From the NCBI GenBank assembly GCA_036172245.1, contig JAYWIR010000014.1:372001-436000 (forward strand): a DNA stretch of 64,000 bases. Direction: 5' to 3'. A model generated the notes under the pieces. It had not been told where the DNA came from. It saw only the letters and a list, made by a program, of their open reading frames with translations, and made no database searches. This document shows, one piece after another, positions 1 through 13,199 of this stretch (positions within the stretch are counted from its first letter, which is position 1; every line of letters begins with the position of its first letter). The position numbers and the translations under genes were made by a program. The DNA is from Raillietiella orientalis. Its lineage: Eukaryota.

Positions 1-1499
1 TGAGGTACCCATTTTCTTTGTTCGAAGAGCTGACTTCCACGCTAACAACAGTGAGCAACAATAAGAAACTTTCTGCAAATTGAGCGAAAAGCATGAAACA
101 AAGACGGGTTCCTCTTCCACTAGAGAGCCGTCGAAGATCAAAGCGAGGAGGGTTGCGATGAAAAACCACGTCATTTGAAAACGGGAGAAAATCAACTTGC
201 AGTCCTAACGAACCACGTTTGCAAGCTAAAAGATCACTATATGTCTTTCTCTTCCTTCTGTTTCAGCTTTTTCCTTTTTCACCTCACGGTTCCAACGCAC
301 ACCTTTTCTAGGGAGTCTCCTTCGATGCTCAGCCCCAACATTTTTCATAGAAATCGGCTCGCACACCTTCCTTCCACATCCTCCAAAACAGTTTTCTATC
401 ACCTGCAAAATCTGGGGAGCTGGAATTCTCGAGACTTCTCCTGGATTTTCCTTCTCGCTTCCACGTAAACTTAAGTGCACCTCGGAAATGGAATGCTGCA
501 GTCCGTTCCTGGAAAATTCATGTATTTTTCTGGTGTTTCATTCTTGACACGATAATAAATAAAAGCGAGTGAAGGGAAAAAGAGATTATTAGTTCTGTTG
601 TTTCCAGGATGGAATCCCGCGTTCCGTCGTGATTACATTTTACAAGTCTCCGAGCGAGTAGAAATGATGGAAAAATCCGCCTCTCGGAATCTGCATGCGA
701 TAACCAAAATTTTCAGGGACGGAACGTCGTCAAGCCGCTCTTACTCTCTTTGCCTGCCATCTCTACGGATCGATATCAGTTGTAGCTGGAACGGCTGAAC
801 AAGAGGTTCGTCCTGTCCCATTCAACATGGGGCTCAGCTCATCAGAAGAAAGGATCTACGAGCAGAACTCTATCAGGAAATGCCGCCACTGTTTTCCTTG
901 GGCGGAATCGGCGCTGATGAGCAGAATGTGGGCCGTCGAATGACTTTTTGAGAGGACGCTAAGAAAAATAGCTACTCTACAATTTGTTCGGGATGCAGAA
1001 TCCTTCCAGCACCTTGAAGGAGAAGGAGGGTGTTGATCCTTTTCCAAAGATGATTTTCATTGCTTGTAAGAATTTTCGAAGTGTCTAGAAGGTTCTGTCG
1101 ATGACTTTGATCGAGGCTGCTTTGCGATGTTACCTCGTGAAGAGGAGCTTGCCTTGAATTCATCTTAGATGTGCTGTCGGAAAGCACCTTTCCAGTTAAC
1201 GAAATGGAAACATCGTTCGCCATGACTCCCCTTCCAAACTAAGAACCGCTTTCTTCACTTTTATGTCTTCGTGGAGCTCTTCAGGTTTCTCCGGATTCCA
1301 GCTTCCCAGATTTGCTTGAAAAAACTTCTCTACATCAGCCATTACAAAGCAGAACTGGAAATTGGGGAAGAGAATAAAAAATCAACCTTTTGGGGAATCC
1401 TTTGTTTTCAGGTGTCATTTGCTGCAAAGAATCAGACTGGTATCATGGAGTTCGACATGCAGACACGAGCAAACGGCTAGCTCGTGCTATTTTGGGAAG

Positions 1500-2400
1500 A
1501 AAGGGAAGGTGGTGACTGACTAACAACGCTTCGGGCTATCTGTTTGCAAGACTGCTTGCCTGCAACGATACGCTCTCGGAGGCATTTCGTTGTCATTGGA
1601 ATCTTCTGACCGGTGGTATAGTGCGTGTGAGCTCAGCAAGTGAGCAGTTGACACCCACATAGTGTCACTGATATGCAGCCTTCTCCTGCTCGTTTCCCAG
1701 CTTCCCTGAAACATGGAGCATGGTCAGCTGGAAATCCCCTAATGCTCTAAGGGATAGTTCTGTAACACAAGAAAATTTTGCTATTTGTATTTAAAGATAC
1801 AGAAAAAAAAGGTCTAGAAACGCGCGAAAATCGAGCCGTAGATGATTATAAGCTGTTTCTCCTTGCATTCTAGTTCCATCAGCTCTTTCTCTGGATCGTC
1901 TTACTTTCACCATTTGGTCATCCAGGTCTAGGAAACAAACGAGAAAAACAGAAAACAGATCTACTGAAGGGAATGGAAGAAATTCTCGATAATGTCAAAC
2001 AACAATGAATGCCCTGTAAACATGCCCATGGGTTTGCCAAACATCGAATCTCGTCAGATGTTACTCTAAGATCACCAGGATGCAAGTGAAGTTTGTTTCC
2101 TTGTTCGGGTGGCATCGCTTTCCGATCTCAGATATGTATCTCCACAACCACTGCATGAGCATGCGCAGGCTGCAAGCTCTCTCCCTCCAGGTATTGACGA
2201 TCATTTCCGCATAGCATGTCAACTTACTGAACGCCAGCTGACTATCGATTCCCAGCAGGCTTCTCTCTTCTGATGTAACCCTTCCTGACCTCAGGAAAAA
2301 GTGTACTGACCCTCGCAAGACGGCTGATGAAAGATTTCCTGATTACTAAAACCTCGAGGAAAACTTATACTAGCAAATTCAATCAGTTAAAGATTCAGCA
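1500..2400 (-). mobile_element. Degenerate LINE RT fragment
   Basis: LLGIDSQLAFSKL resembles the D..KAFD motif. Downstream LNTNSK and RRLHISD remnants. Confidence 0.4.
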
Positions 2401-4949
2401 TGTGTGTTTGCGTTTCTTGATGTGGTTGAAGGGCATGTGCTCAGAGATCATGAGGAAGCTGTAGATTATGAAGAGCTGATGAAAATAACAGGAAGATGGA
2501 TTGGGCAGGAAGAGCAAGCAGCTCAATGAGAAGAATGAAAACATGTGCAACGACAAGAGTGAAAGCTGAGATGAAGAATTGGACCGTGAGGGACTATTGT
2601 GCGTTAAATTGTTTCATGAGATCTATCTATCACTAGTGGATGTCACATGAGCGTAACTTTCACATCCCAAGTCTTTCCTTAGATAAGCAAGAAAATTCCT
2701 GTGTTCATCGATCTTCGGAGTGATTATTTTCTGGTTCCTCCTCGTTTCCAGCAAAACAAGTTCAGACTCACTTTAAAAGATTTTGCTAGAGAATCACTGG
2801 GACGAATCAGTGAGATCCAAGCGAAGCAAGACATCAAAGAGCAAGCTGCAAGCTGGGGAGTTTTTGCACGCTGATAGTTCTCTAGAGACACCATCTTCAA
2901 ACTACACGTTGGATTATCTACTGTATCCCAACATGAGCTCGTTTGTCATGTGCACGAACATGCCTTGAGGTAAATGTGATAGATCTACTAATTCACGGTC
3001 ACAGACATACAAACACGCTGTTACCATGGACCGGATTTTCCAATCTGGTATGTCTCGAAACGAAAAACAGAATTCCTCTTGAACTTTCATTAATCATCTT
3101 ACTAGAGAATGAAGATTTCCCCGGCAGCGAAGGAGCATCACCTCCAGCTTTTCTCGTTACAGTTTCATCAACTCAGCTGGAGAATAATGTTAACTAAACT
3201 CCTGTTTTCCATTAAAATGTTAGATGTGAGTAATGGAACTCGAGTCGCGAGCTGGCACTCTATTAAATTTAACAACGAGAGGATATTTATTAACGAATGT
3301 TGTTTGTATCCACGACTGTAAAAACCTTCTTATACATTTCATGTAGCAATCATACTTGTTTCATGCATTTATCTATTTCATGTGTATCGCAGTAATCTCG
3401 TGCTCGTACAAGCTTTTAACTGTACCTTATAAGGCTAAGCGGAAAGTGCACATGTGATAAATATGAGCATGTAATGCACATTCTAATAAAACTCTTTCTT
3501 GGTATGTTAACAAACAAGTTCATTTTACGCTACCCGATTTACCGGATTTTTACTAATTACGAAAAATTTCGAATGAACTTCTAGTTGAATGTTCTTCTAG
3601 TTGAGTTGTTGCATTTGAACGCGCGATCCAGCTCTTAACTAAAGGGGACGAGGTCGATAATTGTACAGATAAAGCAGAGTTTCTCAGCTCTTTAGCTTCG
3701 GAAGATGCACTTGTTAACGACCGTCATCACTTGTAGATTGCAAGTGACTTTTGTTACCTTCGGATCTTGAGTTCCTATAGGCTCAGTTAATCTTTAGTTA
3801 ACCTAACGGTTTGCGTTTTCTAAAGATCTGTGTCAAATCCAAAGTAAGGAAAGAGAAAATTGAGGATTCTCTGGGACATGAAGGTTGAATGCTGAATCGC
3901 GAAAGTCAGTGAAGCCCAATGCTTCATGCAAAATGGCGTAGCTGAAGGAAGAAGCCTTTCAAGAGCAAACTACCCTGGGTTTTCGAAGATAGGAAGGCTA
4001 TCCTAGAATTTTTGAAGTCCTCGGGGTCCTAGTCCTTTCGATGACTTTTCAGTATAGTTGGCGTCAGGAACGAAACCGTAAACCTCGCTCCTACCGTTCC
4101 CTCTGCCCTTCATGACGCGGCCATCTTGAAGGAATTCAGTTCTTAAGCGGATGTTGGATCTTGCAGATGAACTGGTAGTCTCTTGCTCTATTGTACCTGG
4201 ACAGCTCCTTGCTTGCTAACAGCATGCAGCAGATGACATTGTTCTTGTTGTACTGGAAGCTCATGAGCGATGGGCATCATCAGCACCTGAGGGGAAATTG
4301 GTATTGTAAGATTTGATCACTGCAGTCCATTCCTCTCCGCTTTCTAGACTACGGGCTCTTCGGTCTGGGAATGCATAGTAAGAATTCTCTCACCATATAG
4401 ACTGATGAGGCGTTTCCATCTTGGCAAAGTCTCATTAGATTCGATCATCTTCCAAGATGAACTTTTGCTATCGGATGTAGTCACGATTCTTCGCTATATT
4501 TGGAGCATCGAGGCAGATTGTCTGGCAGTGGGCGTCTGCTAGCGGAAGAGAGAGACCATCTTTATACTACAGAGAGTGATAAGATGACTTCATCTAAAGG
4601 GAACAGACAGAAAAGGTAGTGATTACATCCTGCAAGAACTAAAGATGAGAAGAAGTAGAGGCCGTGCCATTTACTTTTCCTATAGTATTTATTTATTCTC
4701 CCTTCCCTCTTGTCATTCCACATTTTTCTTCCGAATCGAGTGCACATCAAGTGCAGTACCCTCCTCCGAGCGATTCTGTTGTGAACTCAGTTCTGAAATG
4801 TGTGTGTGGCATATGTGTTTATTTTCGATAAATAAACTCTTCAGTGACCTGCTTATCTTGGATTGCTGAAACCATTTATTTAAAATGAACAGATTTAATT
4901 TAGAGTAGGAAAGCGTCTTCCATGTGTCCGTCCAGAACGAACGGGTGCG

Positions 4950-5800
4950 AACCTCACTGGCTTTACAACTAGGAAAGAATGGAGGACGAAGACGAGAAGC
5001 CAATAATTAAATGAATAAGTAGGACTAAGAGGAGTTGGTTTCAGTGGTGGTGGTAACGATTCTCAAGGTCTGCGTCGAAAAGAAACAGGAAAGGAAGCAA
5101 TGGATGCTGTCACTGGTTTCGAGCTAGTTTGACTACAATCGTCCTGAAACTACTTCATGTATTCCAGTTGAAACCATTTCATCTCATATGGACCATAGAA
5201 ACTAAAAATGACTAACTGATATGGTGCACACATCCTTCTTCGATTTTGGTGATCACTGTTGCTTGCACTTGCAGAGGATCGCTATCGAGCGGAAAGCTTT
5301 GTTAAGACCGATGAGAAGATTCGCTTGACAAGATTCGCCAATGATATCCCACGTTATGTGGGATATCATCGGGAACTGTATTGCTCAGCAGATGTAATTC
5401 TATTCCTGATGTAACCTGACTTTCCAAACGCACGTTCGGAAAGCTTCCATTGTTCTCAGTGGCATATTTCTTGAGGATCCTACCCTCTGAGTAGTGGTGA
5501 CATCCCTTATTCCTATGAACATTCCAGTGCACCAAGGTGGCAGCCTGCTGGTAACGCAGAAGGCCGGGGGCGTTGATCAAAAATCAAATACCATTCTCAA
5601 ATAATATCTCAAGACGATCATCTTTGTGGATTCCGTAGAAGATTTTTGGGCGTAGTTTCGTGCTCCAGACCGAAATTTTCTAGACAGCGGTGGGCTCAGT
5701 AACCCATTTAATCTTTCATTTACCTCCCACACTACAAAACATTCTTCTTTTTCTGGTTCTCACCGATGTAGGAGGGTTCTTGTGGAGTCTTGAGCAGTCT
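4950..5800 (-). mobile_element. Ty3/Gypsy RT-RNase H relic
   Basis: FLINAPG resembles FGLxNAP. Other motifs are only weakly recognisable. Confidence 0.35.
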
Positions 5801-6699
5801 TGTGATCCTCCCAGGAAGCAGGCTCGTGTTATCTAGGATCTGCTGAATCGTCCCGAAATCCTCCTGATGAGATCAACTTAATCGAACAATAATGCCTGTT
5901 CATTTTCCTCTTTGAGATAATTTATTTCAAGAGGAAACTGAACAGGCATTATTATTAGATAAAGTTGATCTCAACAGGAGGATTCAAATGTCGTCTATGA
6001 ACCTCAATAATAGAATGGCAACAGATGATAATAGAATGGCAATCAAGTCCCTTCGGAGTATCGCAGTTAGTCAAAGCGAATGGCAGAAGCCTTCTCCGGG
6101 TGTGAGGCTGCGTAACAGAATCGAGGCGGACAAGCACAACGCGTCATGTTCTTTCGCCGAATACATGGAATAGGCACCGGTTAGTGCTTCACAGCCTTGT
6201 TGTGAAGGCCAGCCTTCAGGAAGCTGCTAGCATCTGCATCTGCTCAACAGAATGTAATAAATCCAAACTCGACGTCTTGATGAAGAGAAACTAAGTCTTT
6301 CAGTCTCACTTTGGATGTGGTAGAAGCCCAAAGGGGCAGGAGACTCTAGACTTGTTCGTGCAAAGAGTCGGAAACAAAATACGAGGAAACAGGCACCAGG
6401 GACAATGAAGGCTTTCCTACAGTGAGAGTCTACCGTCGAGAGAGGGGTCCAAAGCCCTTTATCGGAGGGAAAAACCAGACCTTCCTCGAGGAGAACGAAT
6501 TCATGAGAATCCCCAGGTGAGTAAGAGATTCACTCACGAAAATTGCCAGCGGGAAACCAGTCTGCATCAAATAACGAACCAAATGCTGCGATTTGCGCTT
6601 CTGCCTGCTGGCCTAGACGTCAGCACTGCTGAAGGTGAACTCGAAAAGCATCTTGAGCCCGACTTTCAGCTTCCTTGCACGCAACAAGAGAAGTCTTCG

Positions 6700-6960
6700 G
6701 TGTAGGCAGATACACCAAATGTGTCACTGAAATCGGATGATGAACAGACGAGTTTGCGGGTATGTGTTCAGCACCAGTTCACCCCTGGGGAAGAATATGC
6801 TAAACAGTATCATATTCAAGATGCCTGTCTTATCTCCCGTCTAACCTTGACGCAATGACTGAGCAGGCAATTGAAAAAGATGAACATTGGACCACTTTCC
6901 GTTGCAGTAGCAGGCGCTGGTAGTTTAGAGGGCTAGCCGGCAAACTGAAATGTTCAGGAT
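6700..6960 (+). mobile_element. Ty3/Gypsy RT fragment
   Basis: EKDEHWTTFRCSSRRW*FRGLAGKLKCS resembles D..KTAF....Y.F..LPFGLKN. Confidence 0.45.
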
Positions 6961-7299
6961 TTTGTGTAGACGCTCCTAGTAGATGCAGAAGGAAGCCTTT
7001 TGCAGGTTGACTGCTACATCGGGTGCTCCTCGCTCGGGTGCCATCCTGTTTGAACCTTTAGTCCAGCTCGCGCACCTTTCAGGGAAGACGTTTTCTCCTC
7101 TCCCAAAGCATGCAACAGGTACATGTATAGGGAATTTTGGTATCCACGTTTCGGCTTGATACAGATAAGGTCTTTTTCGAGCTGATGAAGAATAGTGCCA
7201 TCTGCTCTTGTTCTCTCGTCTCATGCTCCGCATTCTAGAAAGCAGTTTTATGTGCCTGTTCAGAAGTGTGATGGAATCAGTTTCCGGGAAGAGCTGGTT

Positions 7300-8850
7300 T
7301 TCTTTTCCTGAGAGAGTAGAACCCTAGCTGATTTGAAAAAGGAAAACAGTTGACTCATTCGGAACAAATAATTGGCGTGTCAGTGGTGACAGTTCTGCAA
7401 AGAGTTGATAAAACTAGCAATTCATTCTCATTCAGTGCATTCTTTTTGCCGAGCTTCCTGATAGAGGACAGGAGTCTACTCACTGAACTGTCTGGAGACT
7501 TGCTATGTCAGCTAGTGAATTGGTGAATTTGGACGGCAGAGTCCACGCCAGGAAATGTCTTCGCTATAGCAGGGAGTGGTACTAGCTCACTAAGCGGTGC
7601 ATGTGTTTTGACGAGTCACATTCTTGGCCTTGAGAGTAAAACAGGCCTGCCAGTCCCGAGAGCCAGTTTTGCCTCTCTGCTAGCAAAGCATCTTCCATGA
7701 GACAGACGTTTTGAGTACTGCCGCCTACTGGGATGCGTGTCCGAAGAAACATTCTACATTTCTCTATCGGCAAGGCCTGGCTGCAGAGGACAGTCCCATT
7801 TACAGAAGGGACTCACGAAACCTTTCAAGTGATCCTAAGTTTCTTCTTACCATGTGGATGAAGCATTCCTCTCCAGGAAGCTTCTGAGCTTGACTGACTT
7901 TGAGGTGGCTGATACAAAATACTTCTGGCATCATTCAAATCATGGTTTCAGGAACTCTTCTAAGAGATACTTCCAGTTCGATTTTTTGTGATCCAACGGG
8001 CTCGATTGCATTTAAACTTGCTGTCCTACCCATGAACACACACGATCACCAAAGGACATGTAGTTTGTGAAGTCAGTTCAGTTTCTGGCTTAACGCGGGT
8101 TGGCGTTGCTCATTGCCACAGACGGCTTGTTGGCTTTCGAGTGCTACCAGAACCTCAAGCACTCTTATATCAGGTGAGCAGCTCTCGAGTGTGTCAATTT
8201 AATTCAGTACGTCTAAAAAGTTCATCCTTTCTAGCGGGTCGGAAGCTATAGGTGAGTAAGTGTTTTCCATGACGAGATCGATCGAATCTGGCCACTTCAG
8301 TGCTAAACTATGGCATCTGACCGTCCTTATCAAAACACACTGCACCTGCCGCATGCGTAGTTCCGCAAGCATGTGAAGAGTCTGATGTCAGCCCAAGAGT
8401 TCCCTCTGAAAATGTCTCAGTCCCTTTGGTCTTTGCGCAAACATTCCGTAAATTTCACGCACGAGCACAAGAGCGAAAGTGCTCAGGGATCACGCGATAG
8501 CATGCATTCGCATTGCCTACACGGCCGCTCGTATTCCATGCGCCCATGTACAGAATACGTAAAGAGATTGATTGTCTCGTTGCTCCTGGCAAGGAACCGG
8601 AAATTTGCCTTCCCTTTTACCAAGCAGAGGATGCCACACAACTGCGGACGGTACTGCATGACGCAGTGGTCCTGGATCTTTACGTGGCCATCAACCTTAT
8701 CTGCTAACTCTGAGTATTCCTTTTTCAAGGAATCCGGAAGACGCAACTCGGAAGCCTCGACCAACAATGGAGAACTTAGGAAGAACAAAGGAGAACTTAC
8801 CTCCCTCAATGCTAAGCCACTACACGCCGTACCTTCTATCTTTGGGTCTT
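7300..8850 (-). mobile_element. Ty3/Gypsy pol relic (RT-RNase H)
   Basis: ILCLVKGKANFRFL...IN (LVxKK..RxC..YR.LN-like), FLDVLN*IDTLESC...VLEVL (YLDD-like), HASQ*AAVL (DAS..GAVL-like), LAERQNW and LGKKN, all in order. Confidence 0.55.
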
Positions 8851-9399
8851 CGAGTAGAGTCTATCCTCTGGCAAATGCACACGGTCATGACTTAATTTAG
8901 AATCTGTCGCACACTACCTCGGAGCCGTAGTTGCAGAACGTGTTGCAAAAGATCCGAGATGTTTGTGGGTTGAGCTTTTGCTTAGTTTTGGAGGCATCTT
9001 TTGTGATGTGATGGTTTTATAGGTAGGGAATCCAAAGCTGGGGGCTCAGGACTCACTGAAGCATCGGCAGTCTTCACAACTGCAAATTTTTTCCTATGAA
9101 AGTCATCTCAAATGAATTTTATAGGAATAATTGATGGTTGAGGGTGATTCCACCTCACGGTCTTTTCGGAGGACTCGTGTCCAGCCATAAGTTCTTGATT
9201 AAACACAGGCACTTCCTGTAAAGTGCTGTCTAGATGTTTGATGCCAGAGCTAGTACCCTCACACGCCAGGATGTTTATTTAAAAATAAAGTACAAGTCAG
9301 TCACAAGAAAATAAGTCGATTAGGGATGACCACCGGCTCGCAGGCCGACTTCTTAGGAGAGAAAGCAAAGGAACAATAAAATAAAAAAAAAGAATGTGA

Positions 9400-11600
9400 A
9401 TAGGCACAGGAGTCATTGGTTTCAGCCACTCCTTTCTTCCTAGAGCTGGCACTGAATGCTGGCGATCTCGCTGGTGACTTGCAGGTGAGGCCACCTCGTA
9501 ACCGTTCTCATAAAGGCGATTGTCACTCGGGTGGCCTCTCTACTCTGCGGACGAAACTCCATCAAGAAACAAGCTGTGGCGATGGATGAGTGGATGCAAC
9601 ATCTCGTTGCGGTCACGGCGCCTACCATCAGCCCGCCCTGCGTGAAAAAGCGTTGTCTCAGCAAGTCCAAAGCGGTGTCCTCCGGGTGGCGGACCGTCGA
9701 AGCGAGTCTCCGGCAACTGTCTGTGGGAGCGTCGCAGTCTAACAGGAAGTGAAGGAACGATTCGATCGCCCCTCACCTTAAACATTTGGAATGAGTTTGG
9801 AAACGGAGAGCGACTTCCTTTTTCTCCATGTGGTAAACAGCGGAACTCTCCTCCTATGCCCTCTTTTCCTTGGAATAAACACCCGGCGCAGGCGGGTGAT
9901 AACTGCGTCGGCCTTGCATACAACTCTCCCGTGACTCATCTGTTCACAGCTGGTGCACTGGATCTTCAGACGCACTCTATTCAGGTGACTAGCTTGCAAA
10001 ACCCACAAAACTGTGATTCTCCACCGTGCCAGACATCGATGACCTTGTCTCCACCGTGCGAGATTGCTTCCCTATCAAGCAGAAGAACGCTCGCTAGGTG
10101 AGTTGGCACCCACGCCAGTCAACCCGGTAGAAACACCTTGGCAAGAGAGTAGAAAAATCGTGTATGCAGCACCTAACACTGACATTGTGTCTTTCGGCAT
10201 ATCGTCGGAGTTTCCGTTAGGCGAATCGCTAACGACCGGTCCTTCGCGACGGAAAGAGACGCCCTCTGGGGTGGGGATTGAAGGGGACAATGGACCAACT
10301 TTTTCACAGCACGGCTCTAGGTCCTCAGAGTCTCCCGCAGTCCTGGTCCAGGCTATCGTTAGAAAGCAGTGAGTTTGCTCGGTCCGTTCGTACATGACAA
10401 CTTTCTCTTGAGCAGTTGAGCCTTAGCGTGGAACACCTTTGCTACCCTCCTTCTTCGACCTTGGTTTTTGTATCTCCTCAGTACCTTGTGAAGAATAAAA
10501 GGGACAAGGACATCCTACGAAAAGCCTTGTGAAGCTTCGGCTTTGGGTGGCCAAGGATACTGTCACAGCATTGCTGGTCTGCCTCAGGATTCTAGACTGG
10601 GACTCCTGCCTGAAAAGTGAATGGATCTGCAGATGCGATTGCAAAGATTTGTTCTGGTGACACAGTGGTGGAATGAATGCTGATGTCCTCCTAAGAACTA
10701 CATTTCCAGGTAGGCTGTTGGATTCGAGAGACTGGATTTCCTAATTCCGCGCAACAGCTGCTAGATGAAACAATTCAGGGTTCCGTTGGGCCAGATGGTC
10801 TTTTCTCTGGTGCTTCCCTGGATCTTCTGCAAACCACCAGCTACATCACCTCGTTTCAAAAATCTGCTGAAGTTTGGACACGGCTATCGGGCGTCTTCTT
10901 AGAAGAGCTTACCGTTCGTAATTTCAAGACAGTTCCTGTTGAAGAGGTGATGCGAGACCTAAAAAGATGAACTTGCCCACTCACAATACTTTTAGCTTGA
11001 GAATTGTCTTCCCTAAAAGAAAATGACAACAGTTTCCAGCCGAAGCATCAGAGATGTCTTCTAAAATTTGAAGAAAATGCACACTTCAAAGATGGACGTT
11101 TAATCAGTTCAAGGAAGCGACCTGCAGAATAGTAGGGTGGGCAGAAATTCGGGAGATCCATGAAAAACATCTGGCGGACTTCCAAGTCTGTTTGGACACC
11201 TCCGCACTATCCTTCTCATCCCAGTGTGCTGAGGAGAGCTCTTTTTGCCCTGAGGAGTCCTTGCAATCAACTGGAAATGCTTCCTAGGACTGTACGAGAA
11301 GCGATGGAATCTAAACCATTCCGTACCTCTTGCTGGAGTGTGGCATCCTTCTTTCGGGATGGGAGAGACTAGCTGCAGCCCTCTAACAGCCGACAGACAA
11401 TCCCAAGGAACTTGTAAGGCATTGGTTGCTTCCTCGGTGACCTATTCACTGCCTTGATAGTAGTGATTCTTTGGTACTGTTTGCGGAGACGTGGTGATAT
11501 GCCTAAAGCAGAGAACTCTGTAAAGACAAGGGAAACCATTCTCTTGGCAGCTGCCACGGTATCACGTGTCGGCAGGTTCGCTCACTTCTAGGCAGACTAC
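9400..11600 (-). mobile_element. Ty3/Gypsy pol relic (RT-RNase H-integrase order)
   Basis: KAVNRSPRKQPMP (RT N-terminus-like, ~11430), IQCTSCEQ (integrase CxxC, ~9950) and FRPQSREA (HPQxxG-like, ~9545). Confidence 0.45.
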
Positions 11601-12269
11601 AAAGAAGAATTCTCCTGCGTAATACGAGAAGTCAGATGTGGTAAGAGTGAACTGAATGCATCTTTTTCTACTTATCCATCATTCAAGCCTTTTAAATTTG
11701 TGTATTTACTGTTCTTTCCCTTTTATGCATCCAGACCATCCTGAAAGAAAGTGTATTTATGCAGTTTCCGGGCCGACAGCTTTAGTGGTGGAGACTTTTT
11801 TCCTTCCTTTCTCATTGTATATTTCTCTTTGAAATCAGTAGTGCCAGGTCGTTTGTCGTGAAAAAAAACTTCAAACAGTCTTCATACAACTAAACAGTCA
11901 GTAAAAGCAAAGAATAATCCGGAGTCTAACGGTTCATGGGGAGCATTACTGATAGCCATCGTGCTGCCTCCATCAGACTTTGAGGAAGATGGAGAGGAGA
12001 GAAAAAAGTAAAACAAACAAATAAAAATCTTTACCTGTAGGGAGAGAGGATTTGGTAAGGCATCACAGATAGAACCCGCGGACGTCCTCTGGATCTTGTG
12101 CAATCTTTTCTTTCAAATGTCCCAGGTGGGGACATCTCGTCGTTCTCAAGAAGAAGGCATGCCCATGACCCTACCTCTCTTGAGTGGCACATTTGTACCG
12201 CAATTACACTGAAGAGACAATAGAGAGTTGCAATGGGTGCGGCAGGAGGTAATGCATTCCGTAAGAAGA

Positions 12270-13100
12270 GTTGGCTCTGAACGATTCTATTCCTGAGAGT
12301 CTGAGTCGTATGGGAAGGAATGGAAGGGGTGGAGATGAACTTGCCAGTGTCGAGTTAGCATGCCCACAATCGTCCGAAGATACTTTTGAATCTAAATTCC
12401 CAAAGTACGTCATTTTGTCGTTGCTAGCCGATGACTACTCGTTGGACTTTAGTAGGATTAATCGCAATCAGCTCTCCAGGATGACAGCCACGTTCTTCCA
12501 TCATTTTGGCGGTCGTCGCTGCTCGCCCGTGGCAGAGAATCGCCAAAGAGGAGGCAACTAGTAAGCCTGGAGACATGAACATGTCTCTGACTAGGGACGC
12601 ATCAGGAAAATGAAGTTCTTCGGCGGTATTTCCAGCTCTGACGCAGCTTTCTTCATGAAAAGAGTACATGGGGAAGTCTCCATTATATCGCAGCGGATCC
12701 ACTTTCTGGACACTCTCCCTGCTGAGACACGGCTACGTTCCTCACTAGAGGGGAGAGCCCAGTGCACTAGCAAGATGGAGTGTGTTGATTACAAAAAGGG
12801 GAAGCCACCTCCTATGACAATTCCCAAGGAAGACCAGTCCATGCCTTCGGTCAAATGAAAAGTGACGATTTTCGATTTTCTGTTAGCCTGTACGCCGAAG
12901 TCCCTGGGAATCAATTCCAAAAATAGCTCGAGTGCGTCCTCTGGAGTCTGCGCCGGTATCAGGAAGAGCAAGGCGTCTTCGCACATCGCTACACCAGGCG
13001 TATAATTGGAGCTCTACGGAAGACAGACTGGAAGTGCTGGTACGTGTTGAGCACCAGTTCAAAGAACAGACTGAGGTCTTTCGAACTCGAAGTGTCCCAT
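12270..13100 (+). mobile_element. Possible degenerate LINE ORF1-like sequence
   Basis: Consecutive ORFs 12271..12561 and 12610..12858 in the same frame. FPKYVIL resembles gag-like ORF1 N-termini. Weak. Confidence 0.25.
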
Positions 13101-13199
13101 TTCTCGTGTGGTCTTGATGTTTTCGGTCAGCAGACCTCCGAAAAAGATCAAGATTTTTTCTTTTGCTCTACAACAAGCTCAGGTAGCTAAGGAAGCTGG

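Noticed and set aside
6005..6045. Short tandem duplication (taatagaatggcaa x2); similar ones near 10020, 50880 and 53680
   Set aside because: Two-unit local duplications with no spacer array; not CRISPR-like.
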